Positions 8,344-16,119 of a DNA stretch of 64,000 nt are shown here, in pieces; within the stretch, counting starts at the first letter, position 1, and each line of letters starts with the position of its first letter. The notes below the pieces were generated by a model. That model saw nothing but the letters and a program-made list of their open reading frames with translations, ran no database searches and was not told where the DNA came from. The position numbers were made by a program, and so were the translations under genes. This DNA comes from a virus, in the IMG/VR virus record IMGVR_UViG_3300020577_010320; one strand, written 5' to 3'.

Positions 8344-8741
8344 CCCTCCTCGTCCCAAACGAACAAGGCTAGCACCCACTCCGTCGTCGACCCGCCCACG
8401 TGGTCTGTGGGGAGAGTGATCCAGAAGTCGACTGGAACACCTTTCGGGCGTTCTATCCAACCCGCATAGCTGACTCGACCGGTCGCTTTGTTGTGTCGGT
8501 CGAGGCAGACGCCGTCGTCGCCGCGCAGCGGACGCAGGTATTGCGGCGACCGGCCGCCGTCTACCTCGTCCCACACGAACAGCTCGTCCGGCGGGGCCCA
8601 CCCACGCGACCGGCGGTACCCTCCCGGCAGTTCTAGGGTTGACGCGTTTGCGTCGTGCTCACACACCCAGCTGGTGACGCCGTTAATGTTGCAGGTGTAG
8701 ACGCCCTCTTCGACCCGATGCATTTCGAATTCTGCAGTCAT
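8340..8741 (-). CDS. two-unit in-frame fusion of the LPG...DEEG-tail family
   Basis: internal ...LELPGG...DELFVWDEVDGG... plus terminal ...WITLPTDHVGGSTTEWVLALFVWDEEG*. Confidence 0.6.
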   Translation of the reverse strand: MTAEFEMHRVEEGVYTCNINGVTSWVCEHDANASTLELPGGYRRSRGWAPPDELFVWDEVDGGRSPQYLRPLRGDDGVCLDRHNKATGRVSYAGWIERPKGVPVDFWITLPTDHVGGSTTEWVLALFVWDEEG

Positions 8742-8986
8742 CACCCCTCCCCGTCGTTTACGTAGAGTTCGCAGAACGCGCTATCTGCGCCGCCCGCCAT
8801 CGCGCGACTGCGGTCAGCGTCGCCGGGTAGTAGCATCCAGAACGCGTCTCCCAGATGACTCACGTGCGGGTACATGACGCTTGCCTCCGGTGCGTCATCG
8901 GTGTACACCACCGAAACGAACGGGACGCCGTACTCACACACGTAGTACTCCCTCACCACGAAGTCGATGGTCTTGATGGGCATCAT
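8741..8986 (-). CDS. tandem-array small protein, LPG...ELFxYDEEG-tail family
   Basis: ends ...WMLLPGDADRSRAMAGGADSAFCELYVNDGEG*; ATGATGA junction. Confidence 0.6.
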   Translation of the reverse strand: MMPIKTIDFVVREYYVCEYGVPFVSVVYTDDAPEASVMYPHVSHLGDAFWMLLPGDADRSRAMAGGADSAFCELYVNDGEG

Positions 8987-9384
8987 CCCTCCTCGTCCCA
9001 CGCGAACAGTTCGTCGGCCTCATTGTTGCCGCCGTACCTCGGGAGTAGCATCCACAGCTCGTCGGGGACCCCGCCCGGCCTGAGGCAGCCCCCCACGAGG
9101 TCGGACCATTCCCACACCACGTTGTATCGATACAGATCGACCCCGACGTCGCTTCTGTCCGGCCACACGTACGTCAGCGAGGCGCCGCCGTCGACCTCGT
9201 CCCACACGAACAGGTCGTCCCGTCTCCCGTAACCTGGTAGGAGGCCGACGACGACGATCGATTGTTGACGGTGTGTACTTTTGTTGAGGTCGTAGCACAC
9301 CACGGTCCGGCTACAGTATGTTGGACCGCCGCCATGTGCCACCACCCCGACCCTGGTCCTGGTCAAGATGAACTCGGTCGCCAT
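8983..9384 (-). CDS. two-unit in-frame fusion of the LPG...DEEG-tail family
   Basis: internal ...LLPGYGRRDDLFVWDEVDGG... plus terminal ...WMLLPRYGGNNEADELFAWDEEG*. Confidence 0.6.
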   Translation of the reverse strand: MATEFILTRTRVGVVAHGGGPTYCSRTVVCYDLNKSTHRQQSIVVVGLLPGYGRRDDLFVWDEVDGGASLTYVWPDRSDVGVDLYRYNVVWEWSDLVGGCLRPGGVPDELWMLLPRYGGNNEADELFAWDEEG

Positions 9385-9614
9385 CATCCCTCCTCGTCGA
9401 AGACGAACAACTCGTCACAAGTCGACGGGCTGCTCCGACTACAACCGCCCGGCAACAGCTGCCACCACTCGTTCGGCTCCCAGTCCTTCAGGTGTAGGTA
9501 CGCGACGTGGTTGCCGGTCACCGCGTTCAAATCAACTTCCACGACCGGCGTGTCGTAAAACAGCGGCCGGGTGTAAATCCTTACCAACGCGTAACTCGAT
9601 TCGGTCGCCATCAT
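9384..9614 (-). CDS. tandem-array small protein, LPG...ELFxYDEEG-tail family
   Basis: ends ...WQLLPGGCSRSSPSTCDELFVFDEEG*. Confidence 0.6.
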   Translation of the reverse strand: MMATESSYALVRIYTRPLFYDTPVVEVDLNAVTGNHVAYLHLKDWEPNEWWQLLPGGCSRSSPSTCDELFVFDEEG

Positions 9615-9904
9615 CCCTCCTCGTCTAGGACGAACAGCGTCGCTTTGTCGGGGAGCAGGTACCACAGTCGCTGGTGGTCGGCCAGCCGACACGGCCGGTC
9701 CAGCTCGCCGAGCCAGGGCCTTGTCCGCCACTGACACCGGTCGTTCGACTGCAGTAAGCGGTACGCCCCGTCGTACAGCGGCGCAGACTTGGACCCGCAG
9801 GACAGCATGACCCGAAGCGTCAGCGGTCGACCGGGGCACGGCAGCGGCCTGAAGTCGATCCACCACTTAGGGCTACGGTATTTGGTCAGGTCGAACACGG
9901 TCAC
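9611..9904 (-). CDS. tandem-array small protein, LPG...ELFxYDEEG-tail family
   Basis: ends ...WYLLPDKATLFVLDEEG*. Confidence 0.6.
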   Translation of the reverse strand: MTVFDLTKYRSPKWWIDFRPLPCPGRPLTLRVMLSCGSKSAPLYDGAYRLLQSNDRCQWRTRPWLGELDRPCRLADHQRLWYLLPDKATLFVLDEEG

Positions 9905-10113
9905 CCATCCTTGTCGTAGATGAATAGTTCGTTCGAGGTGTAAAACGTGTCGTTCATCGTGTCGTGCGCGACGACGCGCAGCTGAGGCAGCGCCTGCCAC
10001 AGGTAGTCGTACTCGACGGGGATCGGCGGGACGACCTGCACCGTCTTGTTGGTCTTGGTACACGACAGCCACACGCCGTCCGTATACCTGTCGGCGAAGT
10101 CGAACACGGTCAC
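9901..10113 (-). CDS. tandem-array small protein, LPG...ELFxYDEEG-tail family
   Basis: ends ...WQALPQLRVVAHDTMNDTFYTSNELFIYDKDG*. Confidence 0.55.
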   Translation of the reverse strand: MTVFDFADRYTDGVWLSCTKTNKTVQVVPPIPVEYDYLWQALPQLRVVAHDTMNDTFYTSNELFIYDKDG

Positions 10114-10433
10114 CCCTCCTCGTCGTGGACGTAGAGCTCGGCTTCGCACTCGATACTGCTACACTTTCCGGCCCAACCCCCGGGCAGGTTCATCCACACG
10201 GCGACGAACGCGTCGTCAGACACGACGGGTTCGTGCGTCACGTGACTATCCTTAAACCACTCGGAGTCGACGAAGAAGCCGCTGACGGTCGGGGGGTCGC
10301 GGTACCAGCGTCGGGGGCGGTCGTTCGGTGAGACCCACTGGACGCCGATGTCCAGGTCGCCGTCCTCGTACGGCGGAGACAGGTCGAGTCTGAACACCCG
10401 CAAACTTTCGTCGGGTAAGCGGGGTACCATCAT
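10110..10433 (-). CDS. tandem-array small protein, LPG...ELFxYDEEG-tail family
   Basis: ends ...WMNLPGGWAGKCSSIECEAELYVHDEEG*. Confidence 0.6.
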   Translation of the reverse strand: MMVPRLPDESLRVFRLDLSPPYEDGDLDIGVQWVSPNDRPRRWYRDPPTVSGFFVDSEWFKDSHVTHEPVVSDDAFVAVWMNLPGGWAGKCSSIECEAELYVHDEEG

Positions 10434-10666
10434 CCCTCCTCGTCGTAAGTGAAGAGTTCGCTGCCGCACGGCAACCGAATGCGCGTCAGCATCAGCTGAC
10501 GGATGCCGATGTTGAAGCCTTCTTCGAGACACAACCGGATCTGGACGCTGTGCGAAATCCTCAGCCAGTCCCTCAAGAGTCTAGTGTATGCCTCAGGCCA
10601 AAGCCGCACGTCGACGTATCGAAACCCAGGCCACGGCGCGGATTCCCACGGTTTCGGCTTCATCAC
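10430..10666 (-). CDS. tandem-array small protein, LPG...ELFxYDEEG-tail family
   Basis: ends ...RLPCGSELFTYDEEG*. Confidence 0.55.
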   Translation of the reverse strand: MMKPKPWESAPWPGFRYVDVRLWPEAYTRLLRDWLRISHSVQIRLCLEEGFNIGIRQLMLTRIRLPCGSELFTYDEEG

Positions 10667-11001
10667 CCTTCCTCGTCATGGACGTAGAGTTCGGCGTCGA
10701 TCAGCCGACACTCGTCGTATATACCGCGGTCGGATCCAGGCAGTAGGTTCCACAGCCCCCAGTGTTGCCGGTTTATCCCGCAACACACGAAGTTTGAGAC
10801 GCCGTCGGGCGACACGCTGTCGCCGCCCGGGAACACCTGGCCCAGCCGTTCGCCGTTGTACCACGTCTTCGGCGTACCGTCCTCACCCAACCACTGGACG
10901 CCGACCTTGGCGTCGTCGTCATCGAATTCGTTAAATTCCGGGTCCCAGACTTCGTGTCTAAACACCCGCATTCTCACGTGCGGCGGCGGTTTCGTCATCA
11001 T
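10663..11001 (-). CDS. tandem-array small protein, LPG...ELFxYDEEG-tail family
   Basis: ends ...WNLLPGSDRGIYDECRLIDAELYVHDEEG*. Confidence 0.6.
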   Translation of the reverse strand: MMTKPPPHVRMRVFRHEVWDPEFNEFDDDDAKVGVQWLGEDGTPKTWYNGERLGQVFPGGDSVSPDGVSNFVCCGINRQHWGLWNLLPGSDRGIYDECRLIDAELYVHDEEG

Positions 11002-11288
11002 CCTTCCTCGTCGTGGACGTAGAGTTCGGAGTCGAAGGACGGGAACTCGGCGTACTGCGGGAGCAGCAGCCACACGCGGACGGCCTCCGGATCCAGGCCG
11101 ACGTACCGGTTGGTGGTGCGTGTCCCGCCCAGGCGCACAGCGACGCCCGACCAGAGCGTGTCGTTGGATATCTGGTCGTTCTGGTGTTTAGTCGCGCGTA
11201 TCAGAACTTGGCGGGGACCGATCGTCCTGTGGTGAAAGTACTCGAACACAAACCGCCTGTTGGCGGTCGTTATCCGCTCGTACATCAT
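10998..11288 (-). CDS. tandem-array small protein, LPG...ELFxYDEEG-tail family
   Basis: ends ...WLLLPQYAEFPSFDSELYVHDEEG*. Confidence 0.6.
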   Translation of the reverse strand: MMYERITTANRRFVFEYFHHRTIGPRQVLIRATKHQNDQISNDTLWSGVAVRLGGTRTTNRYVGLDPEAVRVWLLLPQYAEFPSFDSELYVHDEEG

Positions 11289-11294
11289 ACGCGG

Positions 11295-11549
11295 TCACCT
11301 CATGTAGGCGGCGTAGACCTCGATCAGCTCGAGCGCGGTGCGCTCGTCCATGTAGTACGGCTCCTGGACAGGCTCGGGGTTGACGATCGTCTTGACGGAT
11401 CGGCGGCGGACGAACCCGCCCACCAGACACGCCACGCAGACGGACAGGACCGTCGCGGCGAGCGTCGTCTCCCAGACGCCAGACGACGCTAAGTACGACG
11501 CGATCACACTAAACACGGCATCCTCCATTGGCTGTGGTTTGAAACTCAA
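11295..11549 (-). CDS. small membrane protein (non-family insert in array)
   Basis: 84 aa with hydrophobic segment ATVLSVCVACLVGGFV; no DEEG tail. Confidence 0.45.
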   Translation of the reverse strand: MSFKPQPMEDAVFSVIASYLASSGVWETTLAATVLSVCVACLVGGFVRRRSVKTIVNPEPVQEPYYMDERTALELIEVYAAYMR

Positions 11550-11788
11550 CCTTCTTCATCGTAGACGTACAGCTCGTCGCAACCTTCCTGGTACGCGTCC
11601 GGCCCGGCGCGGGCCAGGAACCAGCCGGGTAGGAGCCATACAAGGTCGTATTCGTGGGGCGGTACACACATACAATCCAAGCAATCCAGGTCGATCCACT
11701 CCGTCACCTCACCGTTGCGGGGGTCTCGAACCACCTCAACCATCGCAACTCTCGCCCGCCGCAGGCGCTTAACTGGGTCGGCCATCAC
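11546..11788 (-). CDS. tandem-array small protein, LPG...ELFxYDEEG-tail family
   Basis: ends ...WLLPGWFLARAGPDAYQEGCDELYVYDEEG*. Confidence 0.6.
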   Translation of the reverse strand: MMADPVKRLRRARVAMVEVVRDPRNGEVTEWIDLDCLDCMCVPPHEYDLVWLLPGWFLARAGPDAYQEGCDELYVYDEEG

Positions 11789-12000
11789 CCCTCCTCGTCA
11801 CGGACGAACAGTTCGGCTTCTTGGCAACTCCGAAGAGTGCCGGGAAGTCCCCATCCGGGCAGTTGACGAACGAACACCCGGTGGTCGTAACTCATGAGTC
11901 TGTCGTCTATCAAACTTATTGAGTGCAGAATAGCCGGACCGCCCGTGGAGCCGATGTACGTCGTACTCAGCCCCACGCGTATCACTTCGACCGTCATCAC
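11785..12000 (-). CDS. tandem-array small protein, LPG...ELFxYDEEG-tail family
   Basis: ends ...RQLPGWGLPGTLRSCQEAELFVRDEEG*. Confidence 0.6.
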   Translation of the reverse strand: MMTVEVIRVGLSTTYIGSTGGPAILHSISLIDDRLMSYDHRVFVRQLPGWGLPGTLRSCQEAELFVRDEEG

Positions 12001-12191
12001 CCCTCCTCGTCGTAGGTGAACAACTCACTGAACTGTCTGTCCCCATCGGAACGGACGCACGGCAGTTGGTCCCACAAGATCCAGAAGTCGTTTCCAGCCG
12101 AACCACCCCTGCCGACGATCAATTTGTCGCTATCGGACCAGGCCCACCACGCGCCGCCGCACCGTCGCAACCGCCGATAAGCTGGTCTCAC
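11997..12191 (-). CDS. tandem-array small protein, LPG...ELFxYDEEG-tail family
   Basis: ends ...WDQLPCVRSDGDRQFSELFTYDEEG*. Confidence 0.6.
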   Translation of the reverse strand: MRPAYRRLRRCGGAWWAWSDSDKLIVGRGGSAGNDFWILWDQLPCVRSDGDRQFSELFTYDEEG

Positions 12192-12703
12192 GGTACACCC
12201 CTCGGTACTGTAGTCGGGGCTATCACTCCCTGAGCCCTTGCGTCGTTTTCCCGCAGCCGTTCGAACACCCGACGCGTAGCGGCCGGGTCACCGCCGGTGT
12301 ACAAAGCCCAGGCGAAATAATGGCGGCACGCCTTGCGCCATCTGGAGTCGGGTTGCCATCCGGAGTCGCCGACGTACGGAGAGTCCGCGCCCTGAACCAG
12401 ACCGTACACTGGTACGACCAGGTAGTCGCCCAGGTGCTTGCCGTACGTGTAGTACTGGTAGCCGTTGAACCCGTACCACATCGCGTCCAGGCACGGGGCC
12501 TGGCCCCAAGAGTCCACGGTCGCCAGGCAGCCACGCCACTCGGCGACCGCGCGGGCGACGTGGATCCGCCCCAAGCGCACGGTCTTCTCGGGCGTGTCGC
12601 CGTGGAGCGGGAGTACAGCTCGGGACGCCGTCAGGATCATCTCGGCCGCGTCTCGGACGCGGAAGTCGTCGACGCCCAGCAGGAACACCAGGATCGCCGT
12701 CAT
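12188..12703 (-). CDS. hypothetical protein; paralog of 37765..38256
   Basis: MTAILVFLLGVDDFRVRDAAEMIL... vs MYIVVSVLVVALGADDFRTREAATSAL... shared N-terminal architecture and internal motifs. Confidence 0.5.
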   Translation of the reverse strand: MTAILVFLLGVDDFRVRDAAEMILTASRAVLPLHGDTPEKTVRLGRIHVARAVAEWRGCLATVDSWGQAPCLDAMWYGFNGYQYYTYGKHLGDYLVVPVYGLVQGADSPYVGDSGWQPDSRWRKACRHYFAWALYTGGDPAATRRVFERLRENDARAQGVIAPTTVPRGVP

Positions 12704-12719
12704 GTCAACCTCCTTGTGG

Positions 12720-12917
12720 TCAGCCGTCCTCGTCCAACACGAACACCTCGTACCCTGCGTCGCGGCCGGGCAGAGAGTCTATGATTCGGTTGAACCCCCC
12801 AAGCTCCCGGTCGTTAAACCTCCATGACGCAGTGCGTAAGTGGATCAGGCGTGCGGGGCGGCCGCTGTGAAGGACGGTCAGGTACGTGTAACTCTCACGC
12901 AGCACGAACCAAGTCAT
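12720..12917 (-). CDS. tandem-array small protein, LPG...ELFxYDEEG-tail family
   Basis: ends ...IDSLPGRDAGYEVFVLDEDG*. Confidence 0.55.
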   Translation of the reverse strand: MTWFVLRESYTYLTVLHSGRPARLIHLRTASWRFNDRELGGFNRIIDSLPGRDAGYEVFVLDEDG

Positions 12918-13147
12918 CACCCCTCCTCGTCGTAGGTGAAGAGTTCTCCCACAGCCCGACGGCCGTACCACCCAGGCAGGCGTTGCCACACCAGTCTGGT
13001 CCGATCATCTAAGAAGCCCAGACGACCGCCGTACACATTGTCGCACGTTAAGAACGCGTAGTACTTGTTCGTCCCAGGAACTAACAAATCGACGAACGCG
13101 TTGTCCCGGCCCATGCCGAACGCCTTGCCGGTGTAGGCGGTCATCAT
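12917..13147 (-). CDS. tandem-array small protein, LPG...ELFxYDEEG-tail family
   Basis: ends ...WQRLPGWYGRRAVGELFTYDEEG*. Confidence 0.6.
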   Translation of the reverse strand: MMTAYTGKAFGMGRDNAFVDLLVPGTNKYYAFLTCDNVYGGRLGFLDDRTRLVWQRLPGWYGRRAVGELFTYDEEG

Positions 13148-13374
13148 CCCTCCTTGTCGTAGGTGAACAGGTCGTCGTTGGTCGGCAGGTCGCTGTACAC
13201 GGTGCCCACGATCTGGACGTGGTCGTCGTACGGCTTCAGGCCGATCGTCTCCGTGTGCCCGACCTGCTCGTACCGCCCGACGCCGTCGCCTCGGTACCGG
13301 CGTACGACGACGCACGTCTTACCATACCAGTAGGGCAGACGACGCAGCGCGATCACCGGTGAGTACGCGCTCAT
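13144..13374 (-). CDS. tandem-array small protein, LPG...ELFxYDEEG-tail family
   Basis: ends ...YSDLPTNDDLFTYDKEG*. Confidence 0.55.
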   Translation of the reverse strand: MSAYSPVIALRRLPYWYGKTCVVVRRYRGDGVGRYEQVGHTETIGLKPYDDHVQIVGTVYSDLPTNDDLFTYDKEG

Positions 13375-13604
13375 CACCCCTCCCCGTCGTAGGCGAACAG
13401 TTCGCGATCCCTGGTACACCCGGAACGCACGTCGAAGCCGCCGGGCAGTCTGTCTACGAACGAGTAAACGTCGTCGGTCAGAACCCTGACCGGCTGCAGC
13501 GTCACAAGGGGCCCGAGCCCCATCCAAGTATCACCGATCCTGCGATACACGCACATCTGGTTGGACGACGCCCACCGGCGTAGCGATAACGGTTCGGCCA
13601 TCAC
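13374..13604 (-). CDS. tandem-array small protein, LPG...ELFxYDEEG-tail family
   Basis: ends ...VDRLPGGFDVRSGCTRDRELFAYDGEG*. Confidence 0.6.
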   Translation of the reverse strand: MMAEPLSLRRWASSNQMCVYRRIGDTWMGLGPLVTLQPVRVLTDDVYSFVDRLPGGFDVRSGCTRDRELFAYDGEG

Positions 13605-13840
13605 CCCTCCTCATCGTAGGTGAATAGCTCGTCGCGCCCCAACGTAATGAGTCTCCCGTCACTGCGCCGACGATTGCTGCCTGGAAGCTTGTCGATTAGA
13701 GTTCGCAACGAATCAGCGATCCACCGCTGCTCCACGTTCTGTAGTCTTAGCCCCTGGCACGTGTGGAGTGTACAGTCCTGCCAGTACCAGTGTACGTCGA
13801 TCGCGTCGTACATCCCTCTGGTTACACTTATGTACATCAC
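13601..13840 (-). CDS. tandem-array small protein, LPG...ELFxYDEEG-tail family
   Basis: ends ...IDKLPGSNRRRSDGRLITLGRDELFTYDEEG*. Confidence 0.6.
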   Translation of the reverse strand: MMYISVTRGMYDAIDVHWYWQDCTLHTCQGLRLQNVEQRWIADSLRTLIDKLPGSNRRRSDGRLITLGRDELFTYDEEG

Positions 13841-14106
13841 CCCTCCTCGTCGTAAGTAAAGAGTTCACACACCGGCCCGAAGTCGCCGCCTGGCAGGCGA
13901 CACCATACCTGGCGGAGTTCGTAGCTCACGTAGCGGACGTCGGGGCCGAAGTCTACACGGGCAGGCGACCAGGTTAGGTAGGATTCAGCCACTCCCAAGT
14001 CCACGCGCGGGAGCGTGGGCGGCTTCGTGTGGCGTATTAGGACCCAGCGTCTGTGCTCAGTAATGCCGCACCTCCCACATGATGTAGTTCCGGCCGGGTA
14101 GGACAC
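13837..14106 (-). CDS. tandem-array small protein, LPG...ELFxYDEEG-tail family
   Basis: ends ...WCRLPGGDFGPVCELFTYDEEG*; 5' end uncertain (overlaps next ORF). Confidence 0.55.
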   Translation of the reverse strand: MSYPAGTTSCGRCGITEHRRWVLIRHTKPPTLPRVDLGVAESYLTWSPARVDFGPDVRYVSYELRQVWCRLPGGDFGPVCELFTYDEEG

Positions 14107-14620
14107 CCAGGCACCTATCGAACACGGACAGTTCCAGCACGTGGTCCGGGTACAGGTCCAACAGGTCCTGCACGTCGTCCCACCCGTTCTCGTTCAGCAC
14201 GCCCTTGAGCTTGGCGACCGCGGCGACCCCGCTCAGGGTCGGTTCGGGCTTGAGCATGATCTGGCGCCAGTTGTACCCGAGCGGCGGACGCGTGTGGCCG
14301 ACGATCTCCAACCCGTAAGTAGTCCTCACGACGTCCCCCTGCCACAGGGTCGGGTACAGGGCCGACACCATCGCGCTGATATTGACGCCGGCCGACCGGA
14401 ACTCGGGCGAGTCGGCGACCTGAGAGACGTCGGCGGTGGGGACGTTGAGACGGAGGGGCCCGCCCGGCTTGAGAGTCCGGACGCCCCAGAGGTCGTAGCG
14501 TGCTGCCGCCGCGGACTTTCCCCAAGCATCGACGGAGAAGAACTGCTCGATCGTGTTACCGAGCAAGCCCGCGGACAGCAGGCGGTACATCGTGGTCTTG
14601 TCTGTGATCGGACTGCGCAT
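14057..14620 (-). CDS. hypothetical protein
   Basis: 187-aa ORF, no recognisable motif; possible later start at MYRLL (14590). Confidence 0.4.
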   Translation of the reverse strand: MRSPITDKTTMYRLLSAGLLGNTIEQFFSVDAWGKSAAAARYDLWGVRTLKPGGPLRLNVPTADVSQVADSPEFRSAGVNISAMVSALYPTLWQGDVVRTTYGLEIVGHTRPPLGYNWRQIMLKPEPTLSGVAAVAKLKGVLNENGWDDVQDLLDLYPDHVLELSVFDRCLGVLPGRNYIMWEVRHY

Positions 14621-14819
14621 CTACCTGTTCCTGAATCAACAACGCGTCGCGCGGCGTCCGGTAAAGGACGACGTTCCACGCCGCTCTCTCGGCCTCGAGC
14701 CTTACACGCCGTTTTTCGGCTTGGCGGTCGGACTCGACGAATAAAAAGCACGCGAGGGCCAGGCATGTCAGCCAGGACCCCGCGTGCGCCAGGTAGTGCG
14801 TAACGACCTCGGGCGTCAT
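14556..14819 (-). CDS. small membrane protein (hypothetical)
   Basis: MTPEVVTHYLAHAGSWLTCLALACFLFV...; ATG directly after upstream TAG; overlaps 14057..14620 by ~35 nt so one of the two may be wrong. Confidence 0.35.
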   Translation of the reverse strand: MTPEVVTHYLAHAGSWLTCLALACFLFVESDRQAEKRRVRLEAERAAWNVVLYRTPRDALLIQEQVDAQSDHRQDHDVPPAVRGLAR

Positions 14820-14820
14820 G

Positions 14821-15228
14821 CTAGACCGGCGTCTGAGTTGTGGCGCGGGTCCGGACCCTACCCAGGACGTCCTCCACATACCGGCGTCCCCGACGCTGCA
14901 GCCGGTTGAGTTGCGAATCCACCTGCGTCTGCGGGATCCGTAACGCTCCCTTGTGGCCCATGTACGGCGCAGTCACCAGACGGCAGACGGCGCTCCGCCA
15001 TCCGTTGACGATCAACCCTCCCACCCGGGCGCGGATGTGCGACAACTTCATCCTGTCGTCGACGCGCCAGTCGTGGACGACGCGGTCGACGATGCTCGGA
15101 ACGTTCTCGGCGTACCAGGCGTCGGCGTACGCCTCGAGCCGGCGTAACAACTCGGCTTCACTGGTTCTAAGGAACGAGTCCATCCGTTCCGCGGCCTTTT
15201 CGAGGGGCGTCATTACTTCTCCTCTCAA
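14821..15228 (-). CDS. hypothetical protein, 'ADAWY' motif; paralog of 15656..16003
   Basis: LEAYADAWYAENVPSIVDRVVHDW vs AEFADAWYTDVGPQLLRTALSA. Confidence 0.5.
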   Translation of the reverse strand: MRGEVMTPLEKAAERMDSFLRTSEAELLRRLEAYADAWYAENVPSIVDRVVHDWRVDDRMKLSHIRARVGGLIVNGWRSAVCRLVTAPYMGHKGALRIPQTQVDSQLNRLQRRGRRYVEDVLGRVRTRATTQTPV

Positions 15229-15266
15229 CGGTACAGACTCTAGACTGTAGTTTTGCGGAGCTCACA

Positions 15267-15578
15267 TCAAGCCACCACGGCGTCTCGAGCCTTCAACCGT
15301 TTGCTTGCGTTATAGTACTCGACCCGCTTCGCCGCGGCCGCCGTCCGGTTTCTGGTCTTAGGCCGACGCTTGCGGATCGACCAGTTGGCGGCGCAGACGT
15401 AGGTGTACGGGCGGCCCCGGGTGTAAACGTCGTAGGGCCGGTAACCCTCGTTCGTGTACCACGACAGGAACACCCGCCCGCGGACCTCGTCTACGAACGC
15501 GACGAGGGCGGACATCCCCTGCTGGTCTTTCTGGACGTAGTCGCCCTTTTCCAGGGCGTCGAACTCCTCACGCGTCAC
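15267..15578 (-). CDS. hypothetical basic protein
   Basis: 103-aa ORF, Lys/Arg-rich C-terminus. Confidence 0.45.
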   Translation of the reverse strand: MTREEFDALEKGDYVQKDQQGMSALVAFVDEVRGRVFLSWYTNEGYRPYDVYTRGRPYTYVCAANWSIRKRRPKTRNRTAAAAKRVEYYNASKRLKARDAVVA

Positions 15579-15655
15579 GAGCGCCCCCTGTAATTGAAGG
15601 TGTCAGTTGGTCGCCAGGTAGTGCGTAACGACCTGGGACATCCTACCCCTACGGT

Positions 15656-16003
15656 TTACTGCTTGTCCTGGCTGGCGACGACGTCGTCGACGGCTCTCTT
15701 GATCAGAACGGCCGCGGACCGCTCGAACAGGCGGTTGATCTCGCTCCTAGCGTCCTTGGCGGCCGCCGGCAGCCAACCACCGAGGAAGTCGCGGTGGTTG
15801 GCGTTGACACGGTCGCGAGCGTCGTTCCACCCGGAGTACGTGAGCTCGATGTGGCGGCGCATCGCGCCGGACGCACTCAGCGCCGTACGCAGCAGTTGCG
15901 GGCCGACGTCGGTGTACCAGGCGTCGGCGAATTCGGCGATCAGTTTGGCGCGGTCGGCGCCGGCCTCCAGCAGGGCTTTGGCCAGTTCTTTCGGCTCGGT
16001 CAT
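15656..16003 (-). CDS. hypothetical protein, 'ADAWY' motif paralog
   Basis: start trimmed to MTEPKELAK (ATG 16001-16003) with AGGGGTGGG upstream; track ORF 5' extension runs through terminator hairpin. Confidence 0.5.
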   Translation of the reverse strand: MTEPKELAKALLEAGADRAKLIAEFADAWYTDVGPQLLRTALSASGAMRRHIELTYSGWNDARDRVNANHRDFLGGWLPAAAKDARSEINRLFERSAAVLIKRAVDDVVASQDKQ

Positions 16004-16082
16004 GTCCCACCCCTGTGTAGATTGTTTCCCTCGGTTCACGGAATGATGACAGTCAGGGGTCGGCGATTTAGTGCATCGACGC

Positions 16083-16115
16083 CTAAAGAAACGGCCCCCG
16101 TGTAGGGGGCCGTTC
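16083..16115 (-). terminator. rho-independent terminator (minus strand)
   Basis: GGCCCCC-gtgta-GGGGGCC hairpin then TTTCTTT on minus strand, immediately after stop of 16120..17388. Confidence 0.55.
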
Positions 16116-16119
16116 GGAG

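Noticed and set aside
8560-8580. DEVD|G caspase-like cleavage motif in fusion junctions
   Set aside because: It is most likely a coincidental consequence of the mutated DEEG* junction, with no caspase-like gene nearby.
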